A DNA stretch of 64,000 nucleotides from an uncultured Acidimicrobiia bacterium (GTDB lineage Bacteria; Actinomycetota; Acidimicrobiia; Spongiisociales; UBA5794), in NCBI GenBank assembly GCA_963834375.1, contig CAWIBM010000002.1, positions 972,919 through 1,036,918 on the forward strand, read 5' to 3'. The translations under genes and the position numbers were made by a program. Shown here piece after piece: positions 53,316-62,779 of the stretch. Each line of letters starts with the position of its first letter. Position 1 is the stretch's first letter. Below the pieces are notes generated by a model. It was not told the origin of the DNA, did not search any database, and worked only from the letters and a program-made list of their open reading frames with translations.

Positions 53316-53436
53316 CAACTTTGAGCGAGTTACATCGCTATTCGATGCAGCGCGTCAAGGTTTGCGTGATGCGGTCGGTTGATCTCCAACTTTGAGCGCC
53401 TTTCATCGCTATTCGCTGCAAAGTGCTCAAGGTTGG
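53316..53436. repeat. Tandem pair of nested-palindrome elements, reverse orientation. Same family as 7409-7530
   Basis: 'ccaactttgagcgcctttcatcgctattcgctgcaaagtgctcaaggttgg' is the reverse complement of a 7409-7530 unit with few changes. Two units with a 70-bp period, in a convergent intergenic region. Confidence 0.85.
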
Positions 53437-53473
53437 ATCATGCCCTTGCCGGAGTGTCCACGAGCGCGGTCCG

Positions 53474-53905
53474 TCAGGCCGCCTCGCGCAGCTGGGTCTT
53501 GATGCGGGCGAGGATGGCGCCCATGCCCCTCATCCGAAGCGGGCTCACCACTTCCTCGATCCCCATCGCCGTGTAGAACGTGTCAGGGACGTCGAGGATC
53601 TCGTCGACCGTCGACCCGTTGAGCCCGGCGGACAGGATCCCGGCGTAGCCCCGCATCGTCGGCGCCTCCCGGGGCACCTGGAACCACAGGGTCACCCGGC
53701 CGTCCTCATCGATGCGGGAGGTCACGAAGAAGGGGGTCTGGCATTCGTGGACCCGCTCCAGGGCGCCCTCCTCGATCAACTCCGGTGGGGGATCGGGGAG
53801 GCGGTCGGCATAGTCGACCATGGCGGCCACCTTCACCTGCTTGGGGCTCGCCGCGAAGAGATCGACGAGGCGCTGCAACGGATCCGGCACCGACACGGGC
53901 CCACC
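53474..53905 (-). CDS. SufE-family cysteine desulfuration (sulfur acceptor) protein
   Basis: 'LIEEGALERVHECQTPFFVTSRIDEDGRVTLWFQVPREAPTMRGYAGIL'. The start is approximate. Confidence 0.7.
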   Translation of the reverse strand, partial: GGPVSVPDPLQRLVDLFAASPKQVKVAAMVDYADRLPDPPPELIEEGALERVHECQTPFFVTSRIDEDGRVTLWFQVPREAPTMRGYAGILSAGLNGSTVDEILDVPDTFYTAMGIEEVVSPLRMRGMGAILARIKTQLREAA

Positions 53906-53998
53906 CCTCTCGTCTGGTCGTTCGGCTTGCGCCCCTTCTCTAAACACTATGGTGATAGTGCTATTCACCGAGAAGGATAGGCGACAAGGAGACGCGTC

Positions 53999-54880
53999 AT
54001 GGCACCCGTAGCTGCAGATCCCGGCTTCGCTTCGAGCGGTTATGCCAGCCCGGAGCGCCTGGTGAGCACGGAGTGGCTCGCCGAACATCTCGACGACCCT
54101 GGCCTGGTGGTGGTCGAGTCGGACGAGGACGTGCTGCTCTACGAGACCGGGCACATCCCCGGGGCCGTCCGGGTCGACTGGCACGTCGACCTGCAGGATC
54201 AACTCACCCGCGACTACCTCGACGCCGGTTCGTTCGCCGCGCTGCTGTCCGAGAAGGGGATCTCCCGCGACGACACCGTGGTGTTCTACGGCGACAACTT
54301 CAACTGGTGGGCGGCCTACGCCCTGTGGGTCTTCCGGCTCTTCGGCCACGAGGATGTGCGCCTGCTCAACGGCGGCCGGCAGAAGTGGGTCGAGGAGGAC
54401 CGCCCGCTGACCACGGACGTGGTCGAGCGGCCCACCACCGCCTACCCGGCGGTGGAGCGCGACGACGAGCCCATCCGGGCATTCCGCGAGGACGTCTCCG
54501 AGCACATCGGCGACGGCCTGCCACTGGTGGACGTGCGCTCGCCCGAGGAGTACCGGGGAGAGCTGCTCCACATGCCCAACTACCCGCAGGAGGGGGCCCT
54601 GCGCGGCGGGCACATCCCCGGCGCGGCCAGCGTCCCGTGGAAGCGGGCGGCCAACGACGACGGCACCTTCAAGTCGACCGACGAGCTGCGGGCCATCTAC
54701 GTGGACGAGCAGGGCTTGGCGGCCGACGACCAGGTGATCGCCTACTGCCGTATCGGCGAGCGCTCGTCGCACACCTGGTTCGTCCTCAGCCACCTGCTCG
54801 GGTTCACCGACGTCCGCAACTACGACGGCTCCTGGACCGAGTGGGGCAACCTGGTGCGCGCCCCGATCGAGAAGCCGTAG
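53999..54880 (+). CDS. sseA: Thiosulfate/3-mercaptopyruvate sulfurtransferase (tandem rhodanese)
   Basis: '[13 protein letters not shown]' and active-site '[17 protein letters not shown]'. Confidence 0.88.
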   Translation: MAPVAADPGFASSGYASPERLVSTEWLAEHLDDPGLVVVESDEDVLLYETGHIPGAVRVDWHVDLQDQLTRDYLDAGSFAALLSEKGISRDDTVVFYGDNFNWWAAYALWVFRLFGHEDVRLLNGGRQKWVEEDRPLTTDVVERPTTAYPAVERDDEPIRAFREDVSEHIGDGLPLVDVRSPEEYRGELLHMPNYPQEGALRGGHIPGAASVPWKRAANDDGTFKSTDELRAIYVDEQGLAADDQVIAYCRIGERSSHTWFVLSHLLGFTDVRNYDGSWTEWGNLVRAPIEKP

Positions 54881-54896
54881 CGCTCCCTCCGTACCG

Positions 54897-55373
54897 ATGG
54901 ACCTACCCGGCGCGGTGACGCGCTTCGTGTCGGCAGCCGAGGAGCTCGGCGTGACGGTGGAACCGGTGGTCTACCCGGACGGCACCAAGACTGCGGCGGA
55001 CGCCGCCGCCGCCATCGGGTGCCCGGTCGGGGCCATCGTCAAGTCGCTGGTGTTCATGGCCGGCGGCCGCCCCCTCCTGGTGCTGATGTCCGGCGACCAC
55101 CGCGTCGACATGGCCCTGCTCGCCGCCGCCGCCGGCGTCGACGACGTGCGCCGAGCGACACTCGACGAGGCGAAGGAGCACACCGGCTACGCCGCGGGTG
55201 GCACACCCCCCATCGGCCATCCGACCCCGCTGCCGGTGTTCGCCGACCGCACGTTGCTCCGTTTCGACCCGGTGTGGGCCGCCGCCGGCACACCGACCGC
55301 GGTGTTCGAGGCCGACCTGAGCCGACTCGTCGCCGTCTCCGGGGCCAGCTGGGTGGACGTCGCCGAGGGTTGA
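54897..55373 (+). CDS. ybaK: YbaK/ProX-family aminoacyl-tRNA deacylase
   Basis: 'AIVKSLVFMAGGRPLLVLMSGDHRVD...GGTPPIGHP'. Confidence 0.8.
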   Translation: MDLPGAVTRFVSAAEELGVTVEPVVYPDGTKTAADAAAAIGCPVGAIVKSLVFMAGGRPLLVLMSGDHRVDMALLAAAAGVDDVRRATLDEAKEHTGYAAGGTPPIGHPTPLPVFADRTLLRFDPVWAAAGTPTAVFEADLSRLVAVSGASWVDVAEG

Positions 55374-55392
55374 GCCGGGCAGGACTTCGGCG

Positions 55393-56390
55393 TCATCCGC
55401 GCAATCCCACCACCGATGCCGGGTCGAGCCGTGCTTCGACCCTGCTGCCGACCGGGATGGGGGCGGCGGTGATGCCGACGAGCGTGGTGGCGCCCACGGC
55501 CACCGTCGTGTCCCAATGGCCACCCCGGTAGATCGACGCGGTCACTTCGGCTGAACCGTCCCGCGAGGGCTCGATGGTCACCCCGGTCACCGGGACGAGC
55601 ACGGTGGGGGCACCGCGGCCGAGGCCAGATGGGAGGAGGCCGGCCGTGATCAGCGATGCCGGGTCGAGCACGTTGGGATGGCCGAGGAGGCGGGCGACGA
55701 ACTCGGTGCCCGGGTCCTCCCACAGTCGCTGGGGCGTGCCCAGCGCCGCCACCCTGCCGGCACGGAGGATGCCGACCCGGTCGGCCATGGCGAACGCCTC
55801 CTCGTGGTCGTGGGTGACGTAGATGGCGGTGATGCCCAGCGCGGTGAACAGGGCGCGGGTCTCGGTGGCCAGCCGGTCGCGGAGCTCGCGGTCGAGCGAG
55901 CCAAGGGGCTCGTCGAGCATGACCATCCGCGGCGACGGCGCCAGGGTGCGGGCCAGCGCCACTCGCTGTTGCTCACCACCGCTCAGCCCCGGGATGCGGC
56001 GTTCCCCCAACCCGCTCAACCCGACCAGGTCGAGGACCTCGTCGACGCGGGCGGAGGCGCGCCCGGGTTCCCATCCCTGCATGCGCAGCCCGAAGGCGAC
56101 GTTCTCACCCACGGTGCGATGGGGGAAGAGGGCGTAGTCCTGGAACATGAGGCCGAACCGTCGCCGGTGCGGGGGAGTGACGGTGATGTCGATGCCGTCC
56201 CAGGCCACGGTGCCCCGGTGGGGCCGGTCGAGCCCGGCGATGATGCGAAGGGCCGTCGACTTGCCCGATCCCGACGGTCCCATGACGGCGAGGACCTCGC
56301 CGGTGGCGACGTCGAGGTCGACGTCGACCAGGGCGTCGACACTTCCGAAGCTGATGGCGAGGTCGCGGCAGGCGAGGCTCAGAAGTCGCC
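55393..56390 (-). CDS. ABC transporter ATP-binding protein (thiamine/Fe3+ importer type)
   Basis: 'AVMGPSGSGKST', 'LSGGEQQRVALARTL', 'MVMLDEPLGSLD'. The start is approximate. Confidence 0.8.
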
Positions 56391-58000
56391 ACCTCCCCCG
56401 GGACGGAACCGCTCGATGGCGATCACGGCGAGGGTGGTCAGTGCCATCAGCACCACGGCCAGTGCCATCGCCCGTCCTTCCAACACCTCGCCGGGCCGGG
56501 ACAGCAACCGGAAGATGGCAACCGGCAACGTCGGGGAGTCGGGGCGGGCGATGAAGCTGGTCGCCCCGAACTCGCCCAGCGAGACGGCGAAGGCGAACCC
56601 GGCTCCAACCGCCGCCGCCCGCGCCATCAACGGTCCGTCGACCTCGAGGAACACCCGGCCCGGCGAGGCGCCGAGCGTGGCGGCGGCGTCGCGGAGGCGC
56701 TGCTGGACCTGCCGTAGGACGGGCAGCGAACTGCGCACCACGAACGGGATCGCCACCAGGGCGTGGGCGATCGGGATCAGCCAGATCGACGTGCGCAGAT
56801 CGACCGGGGAGTCCAGGGCGATGAGGAAGCCGAACCCGAGCGGTCACCGCCGAGGCTCCGAGGGGGAGCATCACCAGCGTGTCGAGACCTTGACCGGCTC
56901 GGCGGCCGGCGGTCACCACCACCGACACCACGATCCCGATGACGACGGCGACGGCCGTCGCCAGCGCGGCGAACCGGAGCGAGTTGCCGATCGCCTCGCT
57001 GGGGGCGACGAACAGCCCCGAGGCGGTGTCCCGGGTCGCCAGCCCGGTGAAGTTGGCGATGCCGAAACCGTCGCCGACCTGGAAGGCCCGGGCCGTCAGC
57101 ATGGCGATGGGGAGACCGATGAGCAGCCCGGCAACGGCGAGGTTGCCGCCTACCAGCCACCACGCCTTCCCCCGCGGGCGGATCCGTCGGTCAGCGGGTT
57201 CGGCTCTCAGCTGGGTCGCCATCCGCTGCTGGATCCGGCCGTAGACCAGCAGGGCAACCGTCACCCCGACCAGTTGGACGACGGCGAGGGCCGCCGCCAC
57301 CCGCAGGTCGAGCAGTGCGGTCGCCTGCCGCCAGATCTCGACCTCGAGGGTGGCCAGCCCGATGCCGCCGAGGATCAGGATGATGCCGAAGGAGGTGAAG
57401 GTGAACAGGAACACGATCGACGCCGCCGAGGCGATTGCCGGGGTGAGCAGCGGAAGGGTGACCTCGACCAGGGTCCTCCACCGACCGGCGCCCAGCGTCT
57501 GCGACGCCTCCTCCATGCGGCGGTCCAGCTGCTCCCATGCGGTGCCCACGGTGCGCACCACCACCGCGTAGTTGGCGAACACATGGGCGAGGAGGATGGC
57601 GGGTACGGTCCGGCGCAGGTCGACCCCGAAGGGACCGCCGGGGCCGAGCAGGGCGACGAAGGCGCTCCCGGTGACCACGGTGGGGAGCACGAACGGCACC
57701 ACGGTCGCCGCCATCAGCAGGCGCCGCCCGGGGAAGTCGTAGCGGGCGAACACGTACGCCGCCGGAAGCCCGATCGCCAGCGTCAACGCCGTCGACGCCG
57801 TCGCCTGCCAGGTGGTGAACCAGACGATGCCGAGGAGCGACGGCCGTTGCAAGACGTCCAGCATCGGAGTGCCGCCACCCGAGGACTCGCCGGTGAGGGC
57901 GGTGGCGAATACCGTCACCATCGGGAAGACGAAGAAGTAGCCGAGGAAGGCGAGCGGGACTGCGGTGAGGGCCACCAGGCCCCAGGGTCGACGCCGCGTC
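56379..58000 (-). CDS. ABC transporter permease (two-module ThiP/FbpB-like), one apparent frameshift near 56800
   Basis: Twelve-TM permease with a duplicated 'EEASQTLGAGRWRTLVEVTLP' / 'RDAAATLGASPGRVFLEVDGP' EAA-loop pair. The GTG start overlaps the upstream stop (GTGA). Confidence 0.75.
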
Positions 58001-59057
58001 ACCGCATCAGGTCCGTCCACTCCTGGATCCACGCCTCCCGGTTGGCCTCGATGTCGCCCGGGGGCACCGTGAGCGGGTCGTCGACGCGGGCGGCGTGCTC
58101 CACGAAGACGTCCGGGAGGGTGGTGCCCTCCACCGCCGGGAACACGAACATGTTGAGCGGGATGTCCTCCTGGAAGGTCTCCGACAGCATGAAATCGACG
58201 AGCTGGCGGGCCGCCTCCTCGTGCTCCGTCCCGTCGAGGATCCCGACGAACTCGACCTGGCGGAAGCACCCCTCGGTCATCGACGCCGGTGGGCGCTTCC
58301 GCCGGTGGGACCTCGGCGAAGTACACCTCGGCCGGGGGAGAGCTGGCGTACGACACCACCAGCGGCCGGTCGCCGGTGTCGCTGGTCGGCGGTGAAGGCC
58401 CCGTTGTAGGCCTCCTCCCAACCCGAGGTCACCAGCACGTCGTTGGTGTCGAGCGCCTCCCACCAGTCCTGCCAACCGTCGACGCCGTACTGGGCGATGG
58501 TCCCGAGGAGGAAGGCGAGGCCCGGTGAAGAGGTCGCCGGGTCCTCGACGGCGAGCATGCCTCGGTAGGCAGGATCGATCAGGTCGTCGAGCGTCTCCGG
58601 TGGCGCGACCCTCGGCGGCGGCCAGGGCGGCGACGTCGTAGTTGACGCATACGTCCCCGTAGTCGATCGGGGTCACCCGGTGCTCCGGGTCGAGTTGCAG
58701 CTCCTCGGGGACGCCGTCGACGCCGGGGGCGTCGTAGGGGACGAAGAGGTCGGCGTCGAGGGCCCTGGTGAGAAAGGTGTTGTCCACTCCGAACAGGACG
58801 TCGGCCACGGGGTTGTCAGCGGTGAGGATCGCCTGGTTGAGCACCACGCCGGCGTCCCCACCGGATAGGAGCTCGACGGTGATCCCGGTTTCCGCGGTGA
58901 AGGCCTCCAGGACCTCGTCGGATACCAGGAAGGAGTCGTGGGCCATCAGGGTGATGGACACCGGCCCGCCGGTGGCATCTTCGCCACCGGCGCAGGCGGC
59001 GAACAGCAGGGCAGCGACCACGACCGACCCGACGAAGGCGCGCCCGATCCTCACGAC
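57999..59057 (-). CDS. ABC transporter substrate-binding lipoprotein (thiamine/Fe3+ family), several apparent frameshifts
   Basis: '[23 protein letters not shown]' is a lipobox signal. '[11 protein letters not shown]...' and the C-terminus '...[20 protein letters not shown]' lie in different frames. Confidence 0.65.
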   Translation of the reverse strand, partial: VVRIGRAFVGSVVVAALLFAACAGGEDATGGPVSITLMAHDSFLVSDEVLEAFTAETGITVELLSGGDAGVVLNQAILTADNPVADVLFGVDNTFLTRALDADLFVPYDAPGVDGVPEELQLDPEHRVTPIDYGDVCVNYDVAALAAAEGRATGDARRPDRSCLPRHARRRGPGDLFTGPRLPPRDHRPVRRRRLAGLVGGARHQRRAGDLGLGGGLQRGLHRRPATPATGRWWCRTPALPRPRCTSPRSHRRKRPPASMTEGCFRQVEFVGILDGTEHEEAARQLVDFMLSETFQEDIPLNMFVFPAVEGTTLPDVFVEHAARVDDPLTVPPGDIEANREAWIQEWTDLMR

Positions 59058-59767
59058 CCGGACTCCTCGCCCGCCGGCTCGTGGATCACCAGGAGCGATC
59101 CCTGGCGTACCGTCACCGTCGCCCGCTCCGCGGTGAGCTCGTTGCTCACGCCGCGGGTCGAGCCGGCCTCGAGGACGGCACCGTCGAGCGGCCACCGCAG
59201 CCCGGCCGTGGTCACATCACTGGCAGGCCCGGGGGCGGCGAGCAGCGAGACGAGGTCGCCCGGCGCTCCTTCGACGACGACCTCCCGGCCCGGCCGTGCC
59301 ACCTGCACCTCGGTCGTGCCCACCATCCATCGGATCTCGATGCCGGCATGGCGGCCGGCGGCGACCAGGGCGGCGTTGCCGAGCAGGTGGCTGAGCCGCC
59401 CGCCACCGCCGCCGAGGACGGCGCACTCGGTGAAACCGCCCTCGACCACCCGCTGGAGGGCGAGGTCGAGGTCGGTGCGGTCCTTGTCGACCGGGTGCCG
59501 CTCCACGGCGACACCGTCGGCCTCGGCTGCGGCGAGCCCTTCGGCCGACACCGAGTCGAGGTCGCCGATCAGGATGTCGACGTCGATGCCGGCCGACCGG
59601 GCCGCGTCGAACCCGGAATCGACGGCGACCACCGTGCCCGCGGCGGCGAGCCGCCGCAGCACCGCCCGGTCGACCCCGTCACCGCCGGCGATGAGCACGG
59701 CGAGGCGGCGACGAGCGATCGGAGCCGGGGCCGACGAAGCGGCCGGCAGGGGATTGGTCGTTTCCAC
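59051..59767 (-). CDS. Thiamine pyrophosphokinase
   Basis: Intact 238 aa: 'LIGDLDSV', 'DKDRTDLDLAL', 'GGGGGRLSHLLGN'. First gene behind the TPP riboswitch. Confidence 0.75.
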   Translation of the reverse strand: METTNPLPAASSAPAPIARRRLAVLIAGGDGVDRAVLRRLAAAGTVVAVDSGFDAARSAGIDVDILIGDLDSVSAEGLAAAEADGVAVERHPVDKDRTDLDLALQRVVEGGFTECAVLGGGGGRLSHLLGNAALVAAGRHAGIEIRWMVGTTEVQVARPGREVVVEGAPGDLVSLLAAPGPASDVTTAGLRWPLDGAVLEAGSTRGVSNELTAERATVTVRQGSLLVIHEPAGEESGS

Positions 59768-59771
59768 TCGC

Positions 59772-59888
59772 TCCCTCCGCTGGTGTGATCCAGATCAGGT
59801 TCCACGGGTCGGTGACGTTCGCCTGCGGCGCCGGTCACCCTCTCAGCTCGGCGTTCCCGAGCTCCCCGGGGGTGGGTTGTCCCATTCA
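59772..59888 (-). ncRNA. TPP (THI-box) riboswitch
   Basis: Minus-strand RNA 'GGGGAGCUCGGGAACGCCGAGCUGAGAGGGUGACC...GUGGAACCUGAUCUGGAUCACACCAGCGGAGGGA' carries the CUGAGA and ACCUGAUCUGGAU...ACCAGCG...GGGA hallmarks. Its 3' GGAGGGA overlaps the RBS of the TPK GTG. Confidence 0.85.
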
Positions 59889-59912
59889 GTGTAGCCGGGC
59901 CGTTCGGCGGGG

Positions 59913-59992
59913 CCCCGATGAGAGCGCGAAAAACGACCTGATGTCATCCCTTGACAAGACGACATCATTATGACATCATTACGACATCAGAA
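59913..59992 (+). promoter_or_regulatory. AT-rich promoter/operator: TTGACA plus three direct GACATCAT repeats at 11-bp spacing and one inverted copy
   Basis: 'cctgATGTCATcccTTGACAagacGACATCATtatGACATCATtacGACATCAGaa' in a ~70% GC genome. Seen directly. Confidence 0.6.
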
Positions 59993-60020
59993 CAGCCACA
60001 CCGAGATGTCAGGAGTCGAC

Positions 60021-60152
60021 ATGCTGTGGTACAACAACCCCGACGGCATCACCGCCACCCACCTGGCCACCATGGCCAAGCGGACCGCCACGGCCGAGCG
60101 CCGGCGCCTGATGCGCCTGGTCGACGGCGGCGACGCCACCAGTCGGCGATAG
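60021..60152 (+). CDS. Small ORF (44 aa), hypothetical. Possibly a leader peptide
   Basis: 'MLWYNNPDGITATHLATMAKRTATAERRRLMRLVDGGDATSRR'. First ORF downstream of the operator. Weak evidence. Confidence 0.3.
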   Translation: MLWYNNPDGITATHLATMAKRTATAERRRLMRLVDGGDATSRR

Positions 60153-60192
60153 ACCCGTCGCCGGGCGCAGGACACGAGAGGAACGGATACGC

Positions 60193-60636
60193 GTGGACAC
60201 GAGGAGCATCATCAGCGGCATCGAAGCGGCGCTGGCCGACCAGCTCGCCCTCGCCGGTGGAGACCCGGTGGTTGCCGCCGCCGGCGAGGCCCTCGTCGCC
60301 GCCCTCCGCCCGGCGCTGAGCTCGGCGGTCATGGAGCTCGCCGAGCAGGCCGCCCTCGAGGTCGGTGCCCAGATTCCGGAGCACCAGGTCGAAGTCGTGC
60401 TCAGAGAGGGCGATCCGCACCTGGTGGTCCGCGCCGAGACCGGTGTCGAGTCGTTCAGTACCGAGGACCTCGATGCGCGGATGACCGTGCGCCTCCCGCC
60501 CCGCCTCAAGAGCGAGCTGGAGCTGGCCGCCCGGTCGGCCGGCGACTCGATCAACGCCTATGTCATTCGTGCCCTCGCCGCCAAGGGAACCAGCGCCAAG
60601 CCGGGCAAGCGGGTCACCGGGACCTTCGAGACGTGA
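60193..60636 (+). CDS. Ribbon-helix-helix (HicB-antitoxin-like C-terminus) domain protein
   Basis: The C-terminal 'RMTVRLPPRLKSELELAARSAGDSINAYVIRALAA' is a CopG/Arc/HicB-type RHH. The ~100-aa N-terminal domain has no recognised family. Intact 147 aa. Confidence 0.6.
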   Translation: MDTRSIISGIEAALADQLALAGGDPVVAAAGEALVAALRPALSSAVMELAEQAALEVGAQIPEHQVEVVLREGDPHLVVRAETGVESFSTEDLDARMTVRLPPRLKSELELAARSAGDSINAYVIRALAAKGTSAKPGKRVTGTFET

Positions 60637-61400
60637 GTGAGCGCAAGGAGCGGTTCGAGGTCGGCACCTCGGTTCGGATCGAGGCGGCCACCAGCTCCGG
60701 TGACATCAGCGCCCGACCCGGGGATGCCGGCGAGGTTCTGGTCACGGTCAAGGGCCCCGGCGCCGACGACTACCAGATCACCCAGCACGGTGACACCATC
60801 CGGGTACTCCCCGAGAACACCAGGGTGTTGCGCCGGTTCAGCACCGCCGAGGTCTTCCTCACCACACCACCGGGAGCTTCGCTGCACCTCACCGCCGCCA
60901 GCGGGGACATCTCCGTGCAGGCTCCCGCAGAGGACGTCGAAGCCACTGCGGCCTCCGGCGAGATCAGGGTCGGCTCGGTTTCGGGCGCCGGGCGGCTCCG
61001 CACCGCCTCCGGCGACATCCAGGTCGACTCCGTAGGCGGGCGCCTGTTCGTCGACAGCGCGTCGGGGGATGTACGGGTCGGCCGCGTCGGGAGCGACATG
61101 GCCGCCCACTCGGCGTCCGGCGACATCTCCGTCGACTACGCCGCCGGAGCGGTCGACGTCAACACCGCCAGCGGTGACCTCCAGGTTCTCCACGTCGACG
61201 GCGACGACGTCCGGGTCAAGACGGTCAGCGGCGACGTGCGGCTGGGGATCCCTCCCCGGCGGACACTGGAAGTCGAGGTGCAGACCCTGTCGGGGGATGT
61301 ACGCAACCGGCTCCCCACGGGGGATGGCTCGCCTCCAGAGAAGCGGGTCGTCCTCACCGTGAAGACCCTCTCCGGCGACATCACCCTCCACGGCATCTGA
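60633..61400 (+). CDS. DUF4097-family beta-strand repeat protein
   Basis: Intact 255 aa with ~10 repeats of 'SGDI.V' ('ASGDISVQA', 'ASGEIRVGS', 'ASGDIQVDS', 'ASGDVRVGR', 'VSGDVRLGI', 'LSGDITLHG'). Confidence 0.75.
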   Translation: MSERKERFEVGTSVRIEAATSSGDISARPGDAGEVLVTVKGPGADDYQITQHGDTIRVLPENTRVLRRFSTAEVFLTTPPGASLHLTAASGDISVQAPAEDVEATAASGEIRVGSVSGAGRLRTASGDIQVDSVGGRLFVDSASGDVRVGRVGSDMAAHSASGDISVDYAAGAVDVNTASGDLQVLHVDGDDVRVKTVSGDVRLGIPPRRTLEVEVQTLSGDVRNRLPTGDGSPPEKRVVLTVKTLSGDITLHGI

Positions 61401-61418
61401 CGCCGGCGGCGGACCCGA

Positions 61419-62222
61419 TCAGCGCCGAGCGGCGAAGACGGCGGCGTAGGCGATATGGCCGAAGAACGTGCCGGTGTCGACCCGGCGGTGCGCTTCGGCC
61501 TTGAGCGCCCGCGCGGTGTCGTCACCGATGCGTCCGGCGCCGGCGAGCTGGTCCGCCCCGCGCTCGACCAGGGTCAGCATGTAGGCGGGCTCCGTTGACT
61601 CCACGTAGCCGTAGCTCCGGGAGGTGGTTGCCTCGAACCCGGCTTCGGTGACAAGGGTGGGAAGGCGTCGCACCAGCCAGCGGTCGTGCACCAGGTAGGC
61701 GACGATCGCCTCGACACAGGGTTGGAGCGGGTCGAAATCGCCGGTGGCGACGGTGGTGGTTGCGTAGTCGCCGTCGAACACCACGAGCACGCCGTCCCGA
61801 TCGAGCACCCGGTGTGCTTCGCGCAGCGCCCTCTCCGGGCCGGGGATGTGGCAGAGGGTGGTGTGGAACACCACGACGTCGAACGAACCGTCCTCGTACG
61901 GCAGCGCGCGGGCGTCGCCGACGTCGAACATCAGGTTGTCGAAGCCGGTGCTCAGCTCGCCGGCCTTGGCGACGAACGTCGGGGATGGGTCGACACCGGT
62001 GACCGCGGCCTCGGGAGCGTGCTCGGCGATCGCCCGGGAGACCGCCCCGGTACCGCTGCCCACCTCCAGCAGCCGGGCGCCGTCGCCCGGTGCCAGCTCG
62101 GCGAGGTACGAGTCACGCATCGCCTTCTGACGGGGATCGGCGGCGCGCAGCTCGAGGACTCGGGCCAGCTCCTCCAGCACCGCCTGGTCCGCCTCGGCGA
62201 TGGTGGCGTAGACGTCGGGCAT
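61419..62222 (-). CDS. Class I SAM-dependent methyltransferase
   Basis: 'LLEVGSGTGAVSRAIAE' (motif I) and 'FDVVVFHTTLCHIP'. Confidence 0.8.
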   Translation of the reverse strand: MPDVYATIAEADQAVLEELARVLELRAADPRQKAMRDSYLAELAPGDGARLLEVGSGTGAVSRAIAEHAPEAAVTGVDPSPTFVAKAGELSTGFDNLMFDVGDARALPYEDGSFDVVVFHTTLCHIPGPERALREAHRVLDRDGVLVVFDGDYATTTVATGDFDPLQPCVEAIVAYLVHDRWLVRRLPTLVTEAGFEATTSRSYGYVESTEPAYMLTLVERGADQLAGAGRIGDDTARALKAEAHRRVDTGTFFGHIAYAAVFAARR

Positions 62223-62317
62223 GGCGAGACACTCCAGGTCACGGGATCGCCAGGCTACGCCGCCAGTGGCGGATTGGAGTAGGTTTGCGGCCCGGTCGCA
62301 CCGGGGAGCTACAGCCC

Positions 62318-62779
62318 ATGGACATGCCGGACGACATGCGCGCCTACAACCGACAGGTCATCGAGGAGTTCCGCGCCAACGACGGGATTCTCGGACCCCC
62401 GTTCGCCGGCGACTCGACCCTGCTCCTGACCACGAAGGGAGCCAGGACGGGCCGGTCCCACACCGTCCCGATCATGTTCAAGGAGGACGGCGACCGCTTG
62501 CTGGTGATCGCCTCGGCCTCGGGGGCACCCCGCCATCCCGATTGGTACCGCAACCTCGTGGCGTATCCGGAGGTGGCCGTGGAACGCGGCGCCGACCGGT
62601 TCGACGCGGTTGCCCGTACCGCCGAGGGGGACGAGCGGGACCGCCTCTGGAATGAGCTGCTGGCGACCCATCCCTTCTTCGCCGATCACCAGGCCCAGGT
62701 GACCCGGCAGATCCCGCTGGTGCTCCTCGAGCGTCCCGGCAGGTCTCGCCGCCGCAGTGGGATTCCTGAACCCGAGTGA
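62318..62779 (+). CDS. Deazaflavin (F420H2)-dependent nitroreductase-family protein (Ddn-like)
   Basis: 'LLLTTKGARTGRSHTVPIMF...GDRLLVIASASGAPRHPDWYRNLVAYPEVAVE' is the Ddn/PNPOx-like split-barrel signature. Confidence 0.75.
   Translation: MDMPDDMRAYNRQVIEEFRANDGILGPPFAGDSTLLLTTKGARTGRSHTVPIMFKEDGDRLLVIASASGAPRHPDWYRNLVAYPEVAVERGADRFDAVARTAEGDERDRLWNELLATHPFFADHQAQVTRQIPLVLLERPGRSRRRSGIPEPE

Noticed and set aside
55393-58359. 988-aa minus-strand ORF suggesting one giant ABC protein
   Set aside because: It is a run-through of the ATPase and the permease, with the frame continuing past the permease start into the 3' end of the substrate-binding-protein gene. The Walker, EAA-loop and lipobox features define three separate genes with GTGA-coupled junctions.
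59970-60152. Upstream ATG at 59970 as the start of the small ORF (60-aa version)
   Set aside because: That ATG lies inside the GACATCAT operator repeats. The internal Met at 60021 is the more plausible start if the ORF is real at all.
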